Notes: generated by a model from the letters alone, not told the origin. A stretch of 64,000 bases of DNA from a virus (IMGVR_UViG_3300037067_027683:38385-102384), one strand, 5' to 3'; counted from the first letter of the stretch, positions 41,989 through 51,699 are shown. A program made the numbers and translations.

Positions 41989-44900
41989 ATGGCAAGCGTG
42001 ATCACAAATCAGAAATCGAAGCCTGCGTCCGTAGTAGAGATGGACGCCGGTAAATTTCTGCACCTGATCAACGTAGGCGCCCAGGCTCAGATCGCTCTGT
42101 TTGCAGAGCGAATCCAACGCATTGGCGAGGAAGCTGGAGCGAATTGGAGATTAGTTTCGCTTCATGGTGGTAGTCTTCTATTTGAGGACGTTGATCAAAA
42201 GAAATACTACCAAGCAGACATTCAGCGTCTTAATAAGGGACGCATCAAGATTGGTAATATCTCTGAACTCAGAATAACAGAAAACAAGAAAGAAAATACA
42301 TTCCGTAAGAACCTTGGTGAGTTGGTTGACGCCATTAGCGAAGACAATATTTCGCAAGCGGATTCAATCTTCAATAGGTTGATGGGACAACGTTTCCGCT
42401 CCAGTGTTGTGCCACAAGATGGTGTAGTGGTAGCTCGCGATGGAATTGCGCGTTATGTGAACGTTGCAAAATCGATAGTTGACGATAAGGTCAAACCCAA
42501 TATCATCAAAGCAATTAGTGAAGCTCTTCAGGATTCGGTGCGTGTTAGTCGTGGTCGGATTGTTGAAGCCGTGTTTAACAATAGCCCAATCAAATTCCCA
42601 GTTAGTGAATTGACTCGCCGCCGTGTTGTGGCTAGAGCGATGAAGTCGGTTGCTGAAGGTGCTTACCAGTCTGATGGATTCCAGAACAGGATTAAGCATT
42701 TGGCTGGTCTGGTTTCAGAGAACAAAGTTGAAGATGCAGTCAAGATTGCTGCTGAATTCTTGGTTGAAGATCAGGAATTTAGTTTGCTTAATCTGACTGA
42801 GATGCAAAGCTTGGTTGGTAATGCTCTTGCCGCGCAGGGTTGCTTTAATACGACTTTGGGTGATGATGTCGGTAAACTTCTCTATCGAACTAATTGTCGC
42901 ATTAACAAGGACACGATTGTTGAAAATTGGCGTGAAACTGCTCGGCGCTCTGAATATGCTCCTCTGGTAGAGAATGTTCGAACGTTGACAGAGACTAAAG
43001 ACTTTGAAGCTGATTATCAAGATTTCCTCCACATGATTTTCATGGAGGACATGACCACCAAGACTGCTAAAGCTAAGATGTACCTCAATGCTCTCAAAGA
43101 CATGCGTAATGTTCTTGAGGGAAGTGAGTCTGATCCTGAACTCATTGAGTCATTAGATCAGTATATTGTTCGGCTTGAAGGTTTCTCCGATGAAGTCGAT
43201 GATGCCACTCTGATGGAAGTTGAGGAATTGGTTGCTTCCACCAGCGAGACGTTAATGGATGACATTGAGACTCTGCAGGATTACAGCAAGATTCCCGAGC
43301 CGCCAAAGGTTGAGCCAGAGATGTTTGGTAAAGACTTAGGCGCGGCTGCTGGCGATGAGGGTGGTCTAGGTGGTCCAGAACTTCCGATGGCCACTGAGGA
43401 TTTGGACCTGGAAGACATACCAGCTGAGGAAGGGACACCGCCAGCCGAAGAGACCCTAGCTGACAGCAAGAAGACTGAAACTACGCCAATTTCTGAGGCT
43501 AAGTCCCACAAAGGTAAAAAGCTCAATAAGAAGGAAGTTTGTGAAGCTATTGGTAAGCTTAATGCTACTGGCTTGAAGGCTGAACTTGAAGAATGGAAGA
43601 AGAACGCTTCTAAATTCTTTGAGGAAGATGGCGCTGAAAACGCAGCACTCCAATTGCGTGTGTACGTTGAACACGCCAAAAAGTTGAATGAGTCTGAGTT
43701 GGTTACGGCGTTTAACGAAATCCTGGTTGAACATGTGTCAGTTGGTGACCTTCCAGAGGTCGAAGAAGATCCTTACGCCTATAAAGCAGTCGATGTGAAA
43801 ATCGACCACAATTATGGCCTGCAAGAAGATTGCGGTGTTGCTGATGACACTGTTACGCAGACCAAGCCAGGTGGTCAGGTTGGTTCCAAAGAGCCAGCCA
43901 AGGGCGACGCTATGGGCGAAGCTGGCGAACCAAATATGAATGTTGATGAGAAAGCATTACATGCTGGTTCCAAACTGAAGTCTAAGAAAACTGCCTCGGA
44001 GAGTGTTTGCTGCTCCGAGTGCAAAGGCAATTATGATATGGCCGAATGCATGACTGCTAAGGGTGCAGCTTGTCCAGAATGTGGTGCTTCGATGGATGAG
44101 CAGATCATGGAAGCTCTTGAGTTAGCTAATGAAGATCTTAAGGGTTGTGGTCACAAGATGGATCGTGTGAGCGATGGTAAGGGTGTGGCCGCAACAACTC
44201 CAAAACAGAGTGATGGACGTGGAGATGGTGGCAAAAAGGATTCGATGGGTGACCTCCAGGATGGCAAGGGTGTTGCTGCAAAGAGTCCTACTGAGAGTGA
44301 TGGTGCCAAAGTTGGTGGTAAAAAAGACACGATGAGTGATCTTCAGGATGGTGAGGGTGTTGCTGAGGATCAGTTCAAGACTGGTACGAAACGTCGCCGC
44401 TTCGGAATGCGTCGTTCGTCATTGTCTGCTACTGAGGGAAAGACGAAGAAGCAGGAAGGATTAGCGGAAGATCAGACGACGATCATTGTTACTGATAAGC
44501 CTGTTGACGATGTGATTTCCAAGATTGTGTCAAACATGGCTCAGGATGACGTAATGGAGCCTGAGGTTGGGTTACCAGATGAAGGAATTCCAGGCGAAGA
44601 AATGCCAGGAGATGTTGGAATTCCAGGTGAGGAAATTCCTGGCGAAGGGATGCCAGGAGCAGACGGAATGCCAGGAGAAGGTGAGGAAATGCCTGGTGAT
44701 GAAATGCCTGACGAATTAGAAGGTGGGCTTGAGGGTGGCGAAGAAGAGGCCCATTTCCCAGGTGAATCAGAGGAAGAACACGAAGAACATGAAGCTTCCG
44801 AGACTCCTGAGGAGGAAGCAGCAGAGCATGCTGAAGGTGAGAGTGAAAAGGAAGAGAAAGAAGAAGTAGAAGAGGGGAAACTTCCTGAAGCTTTGAAGGC

Positions 44901-45183
44901 ACACATGTTCAAGAAGAAAGGTGCCGATAAAGAAGGTGGCGAAAAAGAAGACAAGGCCGATGGTGAAGACAAGAAAGATGGAGAGAAATCCGGTAAGCCT
45001 TGGGAAAAAGGCATGACTGAGGATAATGATATTACTGCTCCCACAAGTAAGGATTACTCTAGTGAGCAAGCTGCTCGTAAGGATGGTTCAGGAAAGCCAT
45101 TGACTCAGAAGCCAAAGATTGTCACCAAGGACAACGATGGAACAAAGCCAGCAAAGACCGCGAAGCCAGTTGGTGGTAAGTAG
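41989..45183 (+). CDS. large acidic prohead core / internal head protein
   Basis: 1064 aa between portal and protease; Glu-rich disordered C-terminal half, Zn finger, internal repeats. Confidence 0.65.
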   Translation: MASVITNQKSKPASVVEMDAGKFLHLINVGAQAQIALFAERIQRIGEEAGANWRLVSLHGGSLLFEDVDQKKYYQADIQRLNKGRIKIGNISELRITENKKENTFRKNLGELVDAISEDNISQADSIFNRLMGQRFRSSVVPQDGVVVARDGIARYVNVAKSIVDDKVKPNIIKAISEALQDSVRVSRGRIVEAVFNNSPIKFPVSELTRRRVVARAMKSVAEGAYQSDGFQNRIKHLAGLVSENKVEDAVKIAAEFLVEDQEFSLLNLTEMQSLVGNALAAQGCFNTTLGDDVGKLLYRTNCRINKDTIVENWRETARRSEYAPLVENVRTLTETKDFEADYQDFLHMIFMEDMTTKTAKAKMYLNALKDMRNVLEGSESDPELIESLDQYIVRLEGFSDEVDDATLMEVEELVASTSETLMDDIETLQDYSKIPEPPKVEPEMFGKDLGAAAGDEGGLGGPELPMATEDLDLEDIPAEEGTPPAEETLADSKKTETTPISEAKSHKGKKLNKKEVCEAIGKLNATGLKAELEEWKKNASKFFEEDGAENAALQLRVYVEHAKKLNESELVTAFNEILVEHVSVGDLPEVEEDPYAYKAVDVKIDHNYGLQEDCGVADDTVTQTKPGGQVGSKEPAKGDAMGEAGEPNMNVDEKALHAGSKLKSKKTASESVCCSECKGNYDMAECMTAKGAACPECGASMDEQIMEALELANEDLKGCGHKMDRVSDGKGVAATTPKQSDGRGDGGKKDSMGDLQDGKGVAAKSPTESDGAKVGGKKDTMSDLQDGEGVAEDQFKTGTKRRRFGMRRSSLSATEGKTKKQEGLAEDQTTIIVTDKPVDDVISKIVSNMAQDDVMEPEVGLPDEGIPGEEMPGDVGIPGEEIPGEGMPGADGMPGEGEEMPGDEMPDELEGGLEGGEEEAHFPGESEEEHEEHEASETPEEEAAEHAEGESEKEEKEEVEEGKLPEALKAHMFKKKGADKEGGEKEDKADGEDKKDGEKSGKPWEKGMTEDNDITAPTSKDYSSEQAARKDGSGKPLTQKPKIVTKDNDGTKPAKTAKPVGGK
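44158..44370 (+). repeat. about 2.5 tandem copies of an 87-bp (29-aa) in-frame repeat
   Basis: MDRVSDGKGVAA..GGKKDS / MGDLQDGKGVAA..GGKKDT / MSDLQDGEGVAED. Confidence 0.8.
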
Positions 45184-45191
45184 AGCCTAAC

Positions 45192-45235
45192 AAAGACCCC
45201 ACCAGTTGTATGATTGGTGGGGTCTTTTTGTATTT
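45192..45235 (+). terminator. intrinsic terminator
   Basis: AAAGACCCCACCAGTT/GATTGGTGGGGTCTTT stem plus T-tract. Confidence 0.85.
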
Positions 45236-45286
45236 GGAATTAGTTATGACTTCATCAAAAATAGATTAGACATTGAGGGATGAAAA

Positions 45287-45985
45287 ATGATTGCGACTTT
45301 GCCACTCGTGAATCGTGATTATATCGCACAAACTGGTGTCATTCCTGAAGGTTTTCAATTCATACAAGATTCGAGACCTTTACAAGTAATTGATATGAAG
45401 AAGGTATTAGCAGAAAGTGCTTCTGGGTCTAAAGTTCCAGTCATGCGTTGTACTGGTGTGTTCCAACGTGCTGATGAGAGAAATGCTAATGGTCGTGTTT
45501 ACCCACATGACATTTTGAAAGAAGCAGTTGGTAAACTTCAACCAATTATCAAAGAACGTCGTGTTATGGGTGAATTTGATCATCCACCAGATGCTAAGAT
45601 TCATTTGGATCGTGTATCACATTTGATTACCAAATTATGGATGGAAGGCAAGACTGTTATGGGTGAAATTGAAGTTCTTAATGACACTCGTATGCCATAT
45701 GGTAGCCAGTTAGCTTGCTTACTTGAACGCAAAGTACAGATTGGAATATCATCTCGTGGTGTTGGTGACATGGAAATAGTGATGCATGAGGGGGAAGACT
45801 CTTATCAGGTGCAACCTGGTTACGAATTTGTTACTTTTGACTCTGTTGCCGAACCTAGTGTTTCTGGAACACAACTTAATCAATTGCGTGAGTCGCGTGA
45901 GCGACGGATGAATCCCAAACAACTAAAGGAAGCTCGCGAGAAGATTCTTGCTCGTGAGATTGGTAATTTCTTGTTGATTGGGTAA
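45287..45985 (+). CDS. prohead protease (gp21-like)
   Basis: GVFQRAD..NANGRVYP, GEFDHP, VSH.I, GISSRG.G, TFD.V.EPS. Confidence 0.95.
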   Translation: MIATLPLVNRDYIAQTGVIPEGFQFIQDSRPLQVIDMKKVLAESASGSKVPVMRCTGVFQRADERNANGRVYPHDILKEAVGKLQPIIKERRVMGEFDHPPDAKIHLDRVSHLITKLWMEGKTVMGEIEVLNDTRMPYGSQLACLLERKVQIGISSRGVGDMEIVMHEGEDSYQVQPGYEFVTFDSVAEPSVSGTQLNQLRESRERRMNPKQLKEAREKILAREIGNFLLIG

Positions 45986-46038
45986 ATAAGTTGAGGAATT
46001 AGTTCCGAGCAAAACTACTTGGTGAGGAGAAAAACACG

Positions 46039-46749
46039 ATGGACAAGATCAAAGACCTTCTCAAGCAACTTGGAATCTCTGAGGAAGGGATTAAAGGTGT
46101 ACTTGAATCCCTTGGAGAGTTCCGAAAGACAGTAGAATCGTCCGCTGAGCGGAAGCTCACTGAACGACTCGATGCGGCTAAGAAAGTCTGCATCGAGGAA
46201 GTTGACAAGGAGAAGGCTGAGCTACGTCGTAAGATCGAAATTTTCCTAGAAGCACGAGTGAACACTGTCACTCGTGAGGCGCAGAAACAGGCAGCTATTG
46301 GGGAATCTGACTCATCCAAGACACTCAGAGAGCTTAAAGCTCTCTTTGAAGGTGTCAAATTGGATGGAATTCCAGAGGATTACCAGGCTGTGGTCGCCGA
46401 AAACAAGAAGCTTCGTGCGAAGCTTCTTGAATCGCAGGAAGAAGTCAGTCATGTGGCAGAAAAGGCGAACAGAGCGACTACCATCGCTATGAACGCCATT
46501 AAACATGCCAAGGCCATGGAATCCAAGCTGAAACCAGCTGCCCCAGTCACCGAATCAAAGGAAAAGACTGAGCCAGCTAAGCTTGAGGATCTCCGCACTG
46601 ATAGTCAAACTCCGAAGACCACGCGAAAGACTCTGGTTGAGTCTCAGCAATCTTCGAAGACTCAGGGCAGCAATGGACTGACTTCTGACGACCCAACCAT
46701 CAATGAAATTGCTGGCAAACTGGATGGTACGCCAGCTTTCATCGGCTAA
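46039..46749 (+). CDS. prohead scaffold (gp22-like)
   Basis: Glu/Lys-rich coiled coil between protease and capsid genes. Confidence 0.8.
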   Translation: MDKIKDLLKQLGISEEGIKGVLESLGEFRKTVESSAERKLTERLDAAKKVCIEEVDKEKAELRRKIEIFLEARVNTVTREAQKQAAIGESDSSKTLRELKALFEGVKLDGIPEDYQAVVAENKKLRAKLLESQEEVSHVAEKANRATTIAMNAIKHAKAMESKLKPAAPVTESKEKTEPAKLEDLRTDSQTPKTTRKTLVESQQSSKTQGSNGLTSDDPTINEIAGKLDGTPAFIG

Positions 46750-46775
46750 TCCCTACCTGGGATAGGAGAACGTAA

Positions 46776-48326
46776 ATGAAGCTCGCAAGTCACGCTCGTG
46801 GGGTTATTACCGAAGAGGTCAGAAAAGAGCGCGAAGCTCATCTGCTCCTTGAAGGTAAGAAAAACCAAGACATTCGACGTTGGGCACCAGTACTTTCAAA
46901 GTGCTCAGAAATTCGGCCTGAGAAGTACGCCTTGATGGCCGCAATGCTGGAAAATCAGCAAAAGGCATGGGACCCAAAGAGCCGCACTCCGCTCTTTGAG
47001 GAAGCAACCACCACTGGCAATATTGCAGACTTTACTCGTTTTGCATTGCCAATGATCCGCAAGAGTTTCCCGCGCTTGATTGCTGATAACCTTGTTGGTG
47101 TTCAGCCGATGAGCACCCCAGCCAGCTTGATCTTCTACATCCGCTATCGTTACGCCATTTCCAAAGGCCAGACGGTTGCTGGAACGCAGATAATGCGTCA
47201 GAATACGGCTCAGCAGTTCAGCCGCCAAAACGGTTGGGCGCTTGACCCGTACTACAGCTCTCAGACAGTTAAGGACGAGGATCTGACGATTGTTGGTGGA
47301 AACGTCATCACCGGCACGTTGGTTCACCGCCCAATCCTCGCAGGAACAGTGGTTGTCAACGTTTACGCAGAAGATGTTGATAACTGCGAATCTCCGACCC
47401 CATGCCTCCAGGTCGGTTTCGACGCCAACGGCGATCCAGAATTCGTTCTGGTTGGCTCTGGCTCAGACTGCCCAGAAGTTACTGTTGATACATCCACCTC
47501 TGGCGCAACTCACTTTGATCATACCACTGGCGCAGTGGTTATCACTCTGAGTTCGGGCACTCTGACTGCTGGTATGCTCGCTCGTGCTGACTACGAGTTT
47601 GATCTTGAGAATAACCCGTTCCAACCAGAACTGACGCTGAGCATTGACAGCGATTCAGTTTCTGCTGTAACGCGCAAGCTCAAGACCACTTGGTCGCTGG
47701 AAGCCGCTCAGGACCTCAAGAGCGTGCACAACATCGACGCAGAAGGAACCCTCACCGACCTGATGGCCGATGAAATGGTTGCTGAGATTGACCGCGAAAT
47801 CATCAACGACTTGATCATCGCCGCTTCTATCCGCGCCACCCACAACTTCGCAACTGCTGCGGGTGCCTCGGTTAACTTCACGGACCGCAACATTGCGTTG
47901 CTCTACAAGGTCCTGGAAGTTGCGAACATCATCCACCGCACCACGCTCCGTGGCCCCGCGAACTGGATGGTGACTTCGGCGGATATCGCCAGCAAGTTCG
48001 AACAGCTGAACGATTTCCGTGGTTCGGACGCCCTCGCCCAAGACGGAATCGATATTGGCATCACTTCTGCCGGTACGATCCAAGGCAAGATCAAGCTGTA
48101 CAAGGACCCGTTGTTCCCGAACTGCAAGATCCTGCTTGGCTTCAAGGGCAACTCGGTGCTCGATAGCGGATACTTCTACGCTCCGTACATCCCGCTGCTC
48201 AGCACTCCAACCGTGCTTGATCCGAATTCCTTCACTCCATCGAAGGGGATCATGACAAGATACGGCAAGAAACTCATCGAGGACGGCGGTCTTTACTACG
48301 CCGTTGTCACGGTTTCAAATCTCTAA
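46776..48326 (+). CDS. major capsid protein (gp23-like)
   Basis: VGVQPM..P, TRKLK..WSLEAAQDL..H.IDAE, EIDREII, GYFYAPYIPL, KGIMTRY. Confidence 0.97.
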   Translation: MKLASHARGVITEEVRKEREAHLLLEGKKNQDIRRWAPVLSKCSEIRPEKYALMAAMLENQQKAWDPKSRTPLFEEATTTGNIADFTRFALPMIRKSFPRLIADNLVGVQPMSTPASLIFYIRYRYAISKGQTVAGTQIMRQNTAQQFSRQNGWALDPYYSSQTVKDEDLTIVGGNVITGTLVHRPILAGTVVVNVYAEDVDNCESPTPCLQVGFDANGDPEFVLVGSGSDCPEVTVDTSTSGATHFDHTTGAVVITLSSGTLTAGMLARADYEFDLENNPFQPELTLSIDSDSVSAVTRKLKTTWSLEAAQDLKSVHNIDAEGTLTDLMADEMVAEIDREIINDLIIAASIRATHNFATAAGASVNFTDRNIALLYKVLEVANIIHRTTLRGPANWMVTSADIASKFEQLNDFRGSDALAQDGIDIGITSAGTIQGKIKLYKDPLFPNCKILLGFKGNSVLDSGYFYAPYIPLLSTPTVLDPNSFTPSKGIMTRYGKKLIEDGGLYYAVVTVSNL

Positions 48327-48341
48327 ATCTAACGCTGTTCA

Positions 48342-48380
48342 GAAAGAACCCCAGCTCATCACTGGGGTTCTTTCGTATTC
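48342..48380 (+). terminator. intrinsic terminator
   Basis: 13-bp stem GAAAGAACCCCAG/CTGGGGTTCTTTC after the capsid gene. Confidence 0.85.
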
Positions 48381-48429
48381 GGACTTTTATGTTTCTGAGC
48401 ACTTGATATGACTCCTACCAAGGAGAATT

Positions 48430-48750
48430 ATGAGCCAAGAAACTGAATTAGACCATAGTATTACTGGCGGTAACTTAAAAGACCCTCCAATTTTGGGTGT
48501 TGGTTTTGTCATTGCTGCTATTGTTGGAGTATTCGCTGCTGGTATTTGTCTAATTGCGGTATATGGACGTGTGGATGAAGGTAGATCTGTTTCGGTTAGT
48601 GCTGTTCAAACTTTGATCTATTGTGTTGCAGTCATGTGCGCCATTGCTGGTTGGAGCTGGTTGGAGTGGCTTGATCACATTGTCAAAAGCTTCTATAAAG
48701 ATTTGGCGTATCTGGAAAAGAAAAGAAATTGGATGCCCACATACTGTTAA
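48430..48750 (+). CDS. small membrane protein (2 TM)
   Basis: AAGGAG RBS; two hydrophobic segments. Confidence 0.65.
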   Translation: MSQETELDHSITGGNLKDPPILGVGFVIAAIVGVFAAGICLIAVYGRVDEGRSVSVSAVQTLIYCVAVMCAIAGWSWLEWLDHIVKSFYKDLAYLEKKRNWMPTYC

Positions 48751-48776
48751 AGCAATATGTGCTAGTCTAACATCAC

Positions 48777-48992
48777 ATGTTGATTGGAAACAAGAAATCA
48801 CAGCTTGTAATGTTATTTGGTCTAACGGGAAGCTACAAATTTATATTGAACTTGGATTCTCCCACTCTTAGAGTAGAAGGATTGGTCTTGACTGAAGATG
48901 AGAAGAATCAGATCAAAATGGCTTTAGATAGGATGCATGCTGAGAAAATTTTGTCTGATGGCTTGAACTCTAAAGATAAATCCAATTCCTAA
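48777..48992 (+). CDS. hypothetical protein
   Basis: 71-aa ORF; start uncertain. Confidence 0.4.
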   Translation: MLIGNKKSQLVMLFGLTGSYKFILNLDSPTLRVEGLVLTEDEKNQIKMALDRMHAEKILSDGLNSKDKSNS

Positions 48993-49222
48993 TTTAATAG
49001 CATTTGGGCACCACTTAATGATCTTCTAGCGTTCTCGATATATCGCTCAATTTCGGAGATATCTTTCTTTGTGAGTTTCTTCTTTTTCCGTCCTTTTTGG
49101 AAAATAGTCATGGCTTCATATAATTCTTTGAGTGCTAAGTTTCTTCCGTCAATAAGAGCTTTTACGTCAATAATATCTCCGTCTTGTACTTCTGTGTAGA
49201 TATTACTCTTTCTCCTTGGCAT
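48989..49222 (-). CDS. hypothetical protein
   Basis: 77-aa ORF coupled to the upstream minus-strand gene. Confidence 0.65.
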   Translation of the reverse strand: MPRRKSNIYTEVQDGDIIDVKALIDGRNLALKELYEAMTIFQKGRKKKKLTKKDISEIERYIENARRSLSGAQMLLN

Positions 49223-49223
49223 A

Positions 49224-49454
49224 TTAGTCCTCGTATTCTAAATTATTTTTCTCCGCCAACCAACGTGGAATATCAACCTCACCAATGTCTCCTTTCTGAT
49301 GTATTGTTTGTCGATCAATTTGACTCTTAGGTATCCATAGCTCTACTTTGGTTTTTTCTTCTTCACTACTTTCGTTGATTGCCACACCAATTGCTTTGGT
49401 GGTCTCCGCTAAAAAGATTAAATTGTCAACTGTCACTAGGTCTTTGCCGTCCAT
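49224..49454 (-). CDS. hypothetical phage protein
   Basis: AAGGAG RBS; ETTKAI..WIPKSQI..IPRWLA motif common in small phage proteins. Confidence 0.7.
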   Translation of the reverse strand: MDGKDLVTVDNLIFLAETTKAIGVAINESSEEEKTKVELWIPKSQIDRQTIHQKGDIGEVDIPRWLAEKNNLEYED

Positions 49455-49504
49455 ATTGGTCTCCTTTGTATTTGAAATACGCAAATATATTTTAGGAGAT
49501 TTAA

Positions 49505-49774
49505 ATGCAAATCTTTGTCAAAATGGTTGGAAGCACCAATTGGGTTGACTTCCTCACGACCAAACTTGCTATGGAGAATCAGGAGGTTAGTGAAGCAGTT
49601 GATAAGTTGGACAGTATCGATGTTATGTTGACTTGGGCTGCTACTTTACTTGAAGTCTCTATGGTTTCTTATGATGAGGTGTTTGATGAGGTTAAGATAG
49701 AAAATGATGGTAATTTCATTATTATTCACCTTAAGGATGGTATGATTATGTTTACTGGTATGGCGAAAATGTAA
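49505..49774 (+). CDS. hypothetical protein
   Basis: AGGAG RBS. Confidence 0.65.
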   Translation: MQIFVKMVGSTNWVDFLTTKLAMENQEVSEAVDKLDSIDVMLTWAATLLEVSMVSYDEVFDEVKIENDGNFIIIHLKDGMIMFTGMAKM

Positions 49775-49798
49775 TTTCATAGTTTAATAGATCCGATA

Positions 49799-50071
49799 AT
49801 GTTTGATATGAAGATCAACGTCCCTGAATCAGCTAGAACTGAATTCTGGCATGAACCACCTCCAGGACATAATGAATTTTGGGGTTTTCGTTTTAAACCG
49901 AAATGTATTCCTGGCGACCCAATCTATTTCTATTTTGATGGTGAAATGGTTGCTACTGCAGTGGTTTCTCATATTGAGCCTCCTGGTAAGTCTTCTTGTC
50001 AGGAAACTGGTCGTTTTAAGAATTTATGGAAAGTTCATTGGAATAATGACACTTTTTCGTCTAACCGGTAA
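49799..50071 (+). CDS. hypothetical protein (PUA/ASCH-like possible)
   Basis: FW..PGD.IYFY..V motif. Confidence 0.55.
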   Translation: MFDMKINVPESARTEFWHEPPPGHNEFWGFRFKPKCIPGDPIYFYFDGEMVATAVVSHIEPPGKSSCQETGRFKNLWKVHWNNDTFSSNR

Positions 50072-50348
50072 AGGTGATTATATTGGCTTCGCTTGGACTC
50101 CAGATTGATTCAATTCTTCTATTAATATGGTCATCATCGACTTCGACTTGACATGTTACATTGTTACCTTCAATTTTGGCAGATCCTTTTATTACATAAC
50201 CGATGATTTGTTTGTCGTCGGTCCAATAATTTCTAATCACGTTTAGATTCTTTGTGTTTAATTGTTCTAATAATGACTTGACTGCTACAGGCGAGAGTAC
50301 GAATCTATCGTCATCGAGACTGAATGCTGTCACTTCTATGGTTGCCAT
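50061..50348 (-). CDS. hypothetical protein
   Basis: AAGGA RBS. Confidence 0.6.
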   Translation of the reverse strand: MATIEVTAFSLDDDRFVLSPVAVKSLLEQLNTKNLNVIRNYWTDDKQIIGYVIKGSAKIEGNNVTCQVEVDDDHINRRIESIWSPSEANIITFTG

Positions 50349-50444
50349 GTTTTGATTCCTTTCTATTATAGTACGTTTGTATTACGTAGGAATCAACATA
50401 AAAGATAGGGAAGCGGTGATGTATCTAACATTAAGGAGAACATC

Positions 50445-50621
50445 ATGAACAAGCATAGTCATTCGGAAGATTACTGTCACAAGTGTCGAACCTGGGTTGA
50501 GCCAAAACGTATTGAAAGTCAGTTTGGTCCTCTGCCAAAATGTCCATCTTGTAAGTCGGTGATGTTTGAATCTATTTGTAGACAGGCGAGACGAGTACAT
50601 ATAAGCAGCAAGGGAATTTAA
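50445..50621 (+). CDS. 58-aa Zn-ribbon protein (not in ORF track)
   Basis: AAGGAG RBS; YCHKC...KCPSC. Confidence 0.6.
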   Translation: MNKHSHSEDYCHKCRTWVEPKRIESQFGPLPKCPSCKSVMFESICRQARRVHISSKGI

Positions 50622-50835
50622 GACGTACATATGTCCGATAAAAAATAGGTTGGAGGATGTGATGTCTACGCTACGATTGCCTACTTCAAGCTGGTGTACG
50701 AGAGGCGTAAGCCTCCCGACAGCGCCAGCCTATAATTTCGGAGGCACTGGCTAAAGGCCACCCAAAGCGATAAATGAGGAAATTCGCGGGGGTGGCCAGG
50801 AATACTGGTCACCCCCGCGCTGTTAGGAGAATGGA

Positions 50836-51045
50836 ATGAAAAGAAAGACATGTAGATGGTTGTGTCATTCTTTGGTTTTTGAAGGGAAGGAATTTAAAAT
50901 TGGGTGGTTGGACAAAAGGCCAATGACAGCTTATTTGAAACTCGCTAAGGGAAAGGTTGTTCGGACTTTGGAGGTTGTGCCTGGAAAGATTTTGATGGAT
51001 GTTGGGAGGAAAGACAAGGTTTTGGGGGTTGAATTTTTGATGTGA
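50836..51045 (+). CDS. DUF2283-like protein
   Basis: AYLKL..GKV.RT.EV....LMD....VLGVEFL. Confidence 0.65.
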   Translation: MKRKTCRWLCHSLVFEGKEFKIGWLDKRPMTAYLKLAKGKVVRTLEVVPGKILMDVGRKDKVLGVEFLM

Positions 51046-51127
51046 TTATACATTTTGGGTTTTGATTAGACGTGCAGCGTCGAACGAGCGTAACTCACGC
51101 GGAGCCAGCACTCAGTTCTTGTATTTG

Positions 51128-51202
51128 GTCCCCGTAGCTCAATGGAAGAGTCACAGATTTCTAATCTGTAGGTTACAGGTTCGAGTCCTGTCGGGGATGC
51201 CA
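51128..51202 (+). tRNA. tRNA-Arg(TCT)
   Basis: cloverleaf, loop TT-TCT-AA, CCA. Confidence 0.9.
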
Positions 51203-51209
51203 AATTTAT

Positions 51210-51284
51210 TCCCTAGTAGCTCAATGGTAGAGCACATGACTGTTAATCATGGGGTTGTAGGTTCGAGTCCTACCTGGGGAGCCA
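51210..51284 (+). tRNA. tRNA-Asn(GTT)
   Basis: cloverleaf, CCA. Confidence 0.95.
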
Positions 51285-51286
51285 TT

Positions 51287-51373
51287 GGAGGCGCTTGTTA
51301 GTGGGATAACACCTGCGCTGTAAACGCAGCGTCCGATAGGACTAGTAGGGTTCGATTCCCTACGCCTCCACCA
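51287..51373 (+). tRNA. tRNA-Tyr(GTA)
   Basis: cloverleaf with long variable arm, CCA. Confidence 0.9.
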
Positions 51374-51389
51374 ATGTATCTAAAATTTT

Positions 51390-51467
51390 CGAGGTGTAGC
51401 TCAGTTTGGCTAGAGCGCCTGGTTTGGGTCCAGGAGGCCATGGGTTCAAATCCCGTCACCTCGACCA
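51390..51467 (+). tRNA. tRNA-Pro(TGG)
   Basis: cloverleaf, CCA. Confidence 0.95.
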
Positions 51468-51472
51468 ATTTT

Positions 51473-51535
51473 GGGGCTGGATGTCAGCGTAAGGGGATAC
51501 CCTTACGTGGTGGAATTAACCACCGCAGCCCCACC
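51473..51535 (+). ncRNA. D-armless tRNA-like mini RNA
   Basis: GGGGCTG/CAGCCCC acceptor plus ACC, 9-bp stem with GATA loop, T-arm-like hairpin. Confidence 0.55.
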
Positions 51536-51539
51536 TTTT

Positions 51540-51614
51540 GTGGGTGTAGCCTAGAGGTTAGGCGCTAGCCTTCCAAGCTGGATCACGCGGGTCCGAGTCC
51601 CGCCACCCACTCCA
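51540..51614 (+). tRNA. tRNA-Gly(TCC)
   Basis: cloverleaf, U73, CCA. Confidence 0.92.
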
Positions 51615-51622
51615 TTTTCGGT

Positions 51623-51698
51623 GCCGGTGTAGCTCAATCAGTAGAGCGCGATCTTGGTAAGATCGAGGTAGTGGGGGCAGAACCCACCACTGGCTCCA
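51623..51698 (+). tRNA. tRNA-Thr(GGT)
   Basis: cloverleaf, atypical T-loop GGCAGAA, CCA. Confidence 0.88.
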
Positions 51699-51699
51699 T

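Noticed and set aside
42364-48255. Many antisense and alternate-frame ORFs over the core, scaffold and capsid genes
   Set aside because: Shadow ORFs arising from codon bias of the sense genes; no RBS or motifs.
51473-51535. Functional tmRNA
   Set aside because: No G3:U70, no tag reading frame or pseudoknots, and too short; kept as a tRNA-like element.
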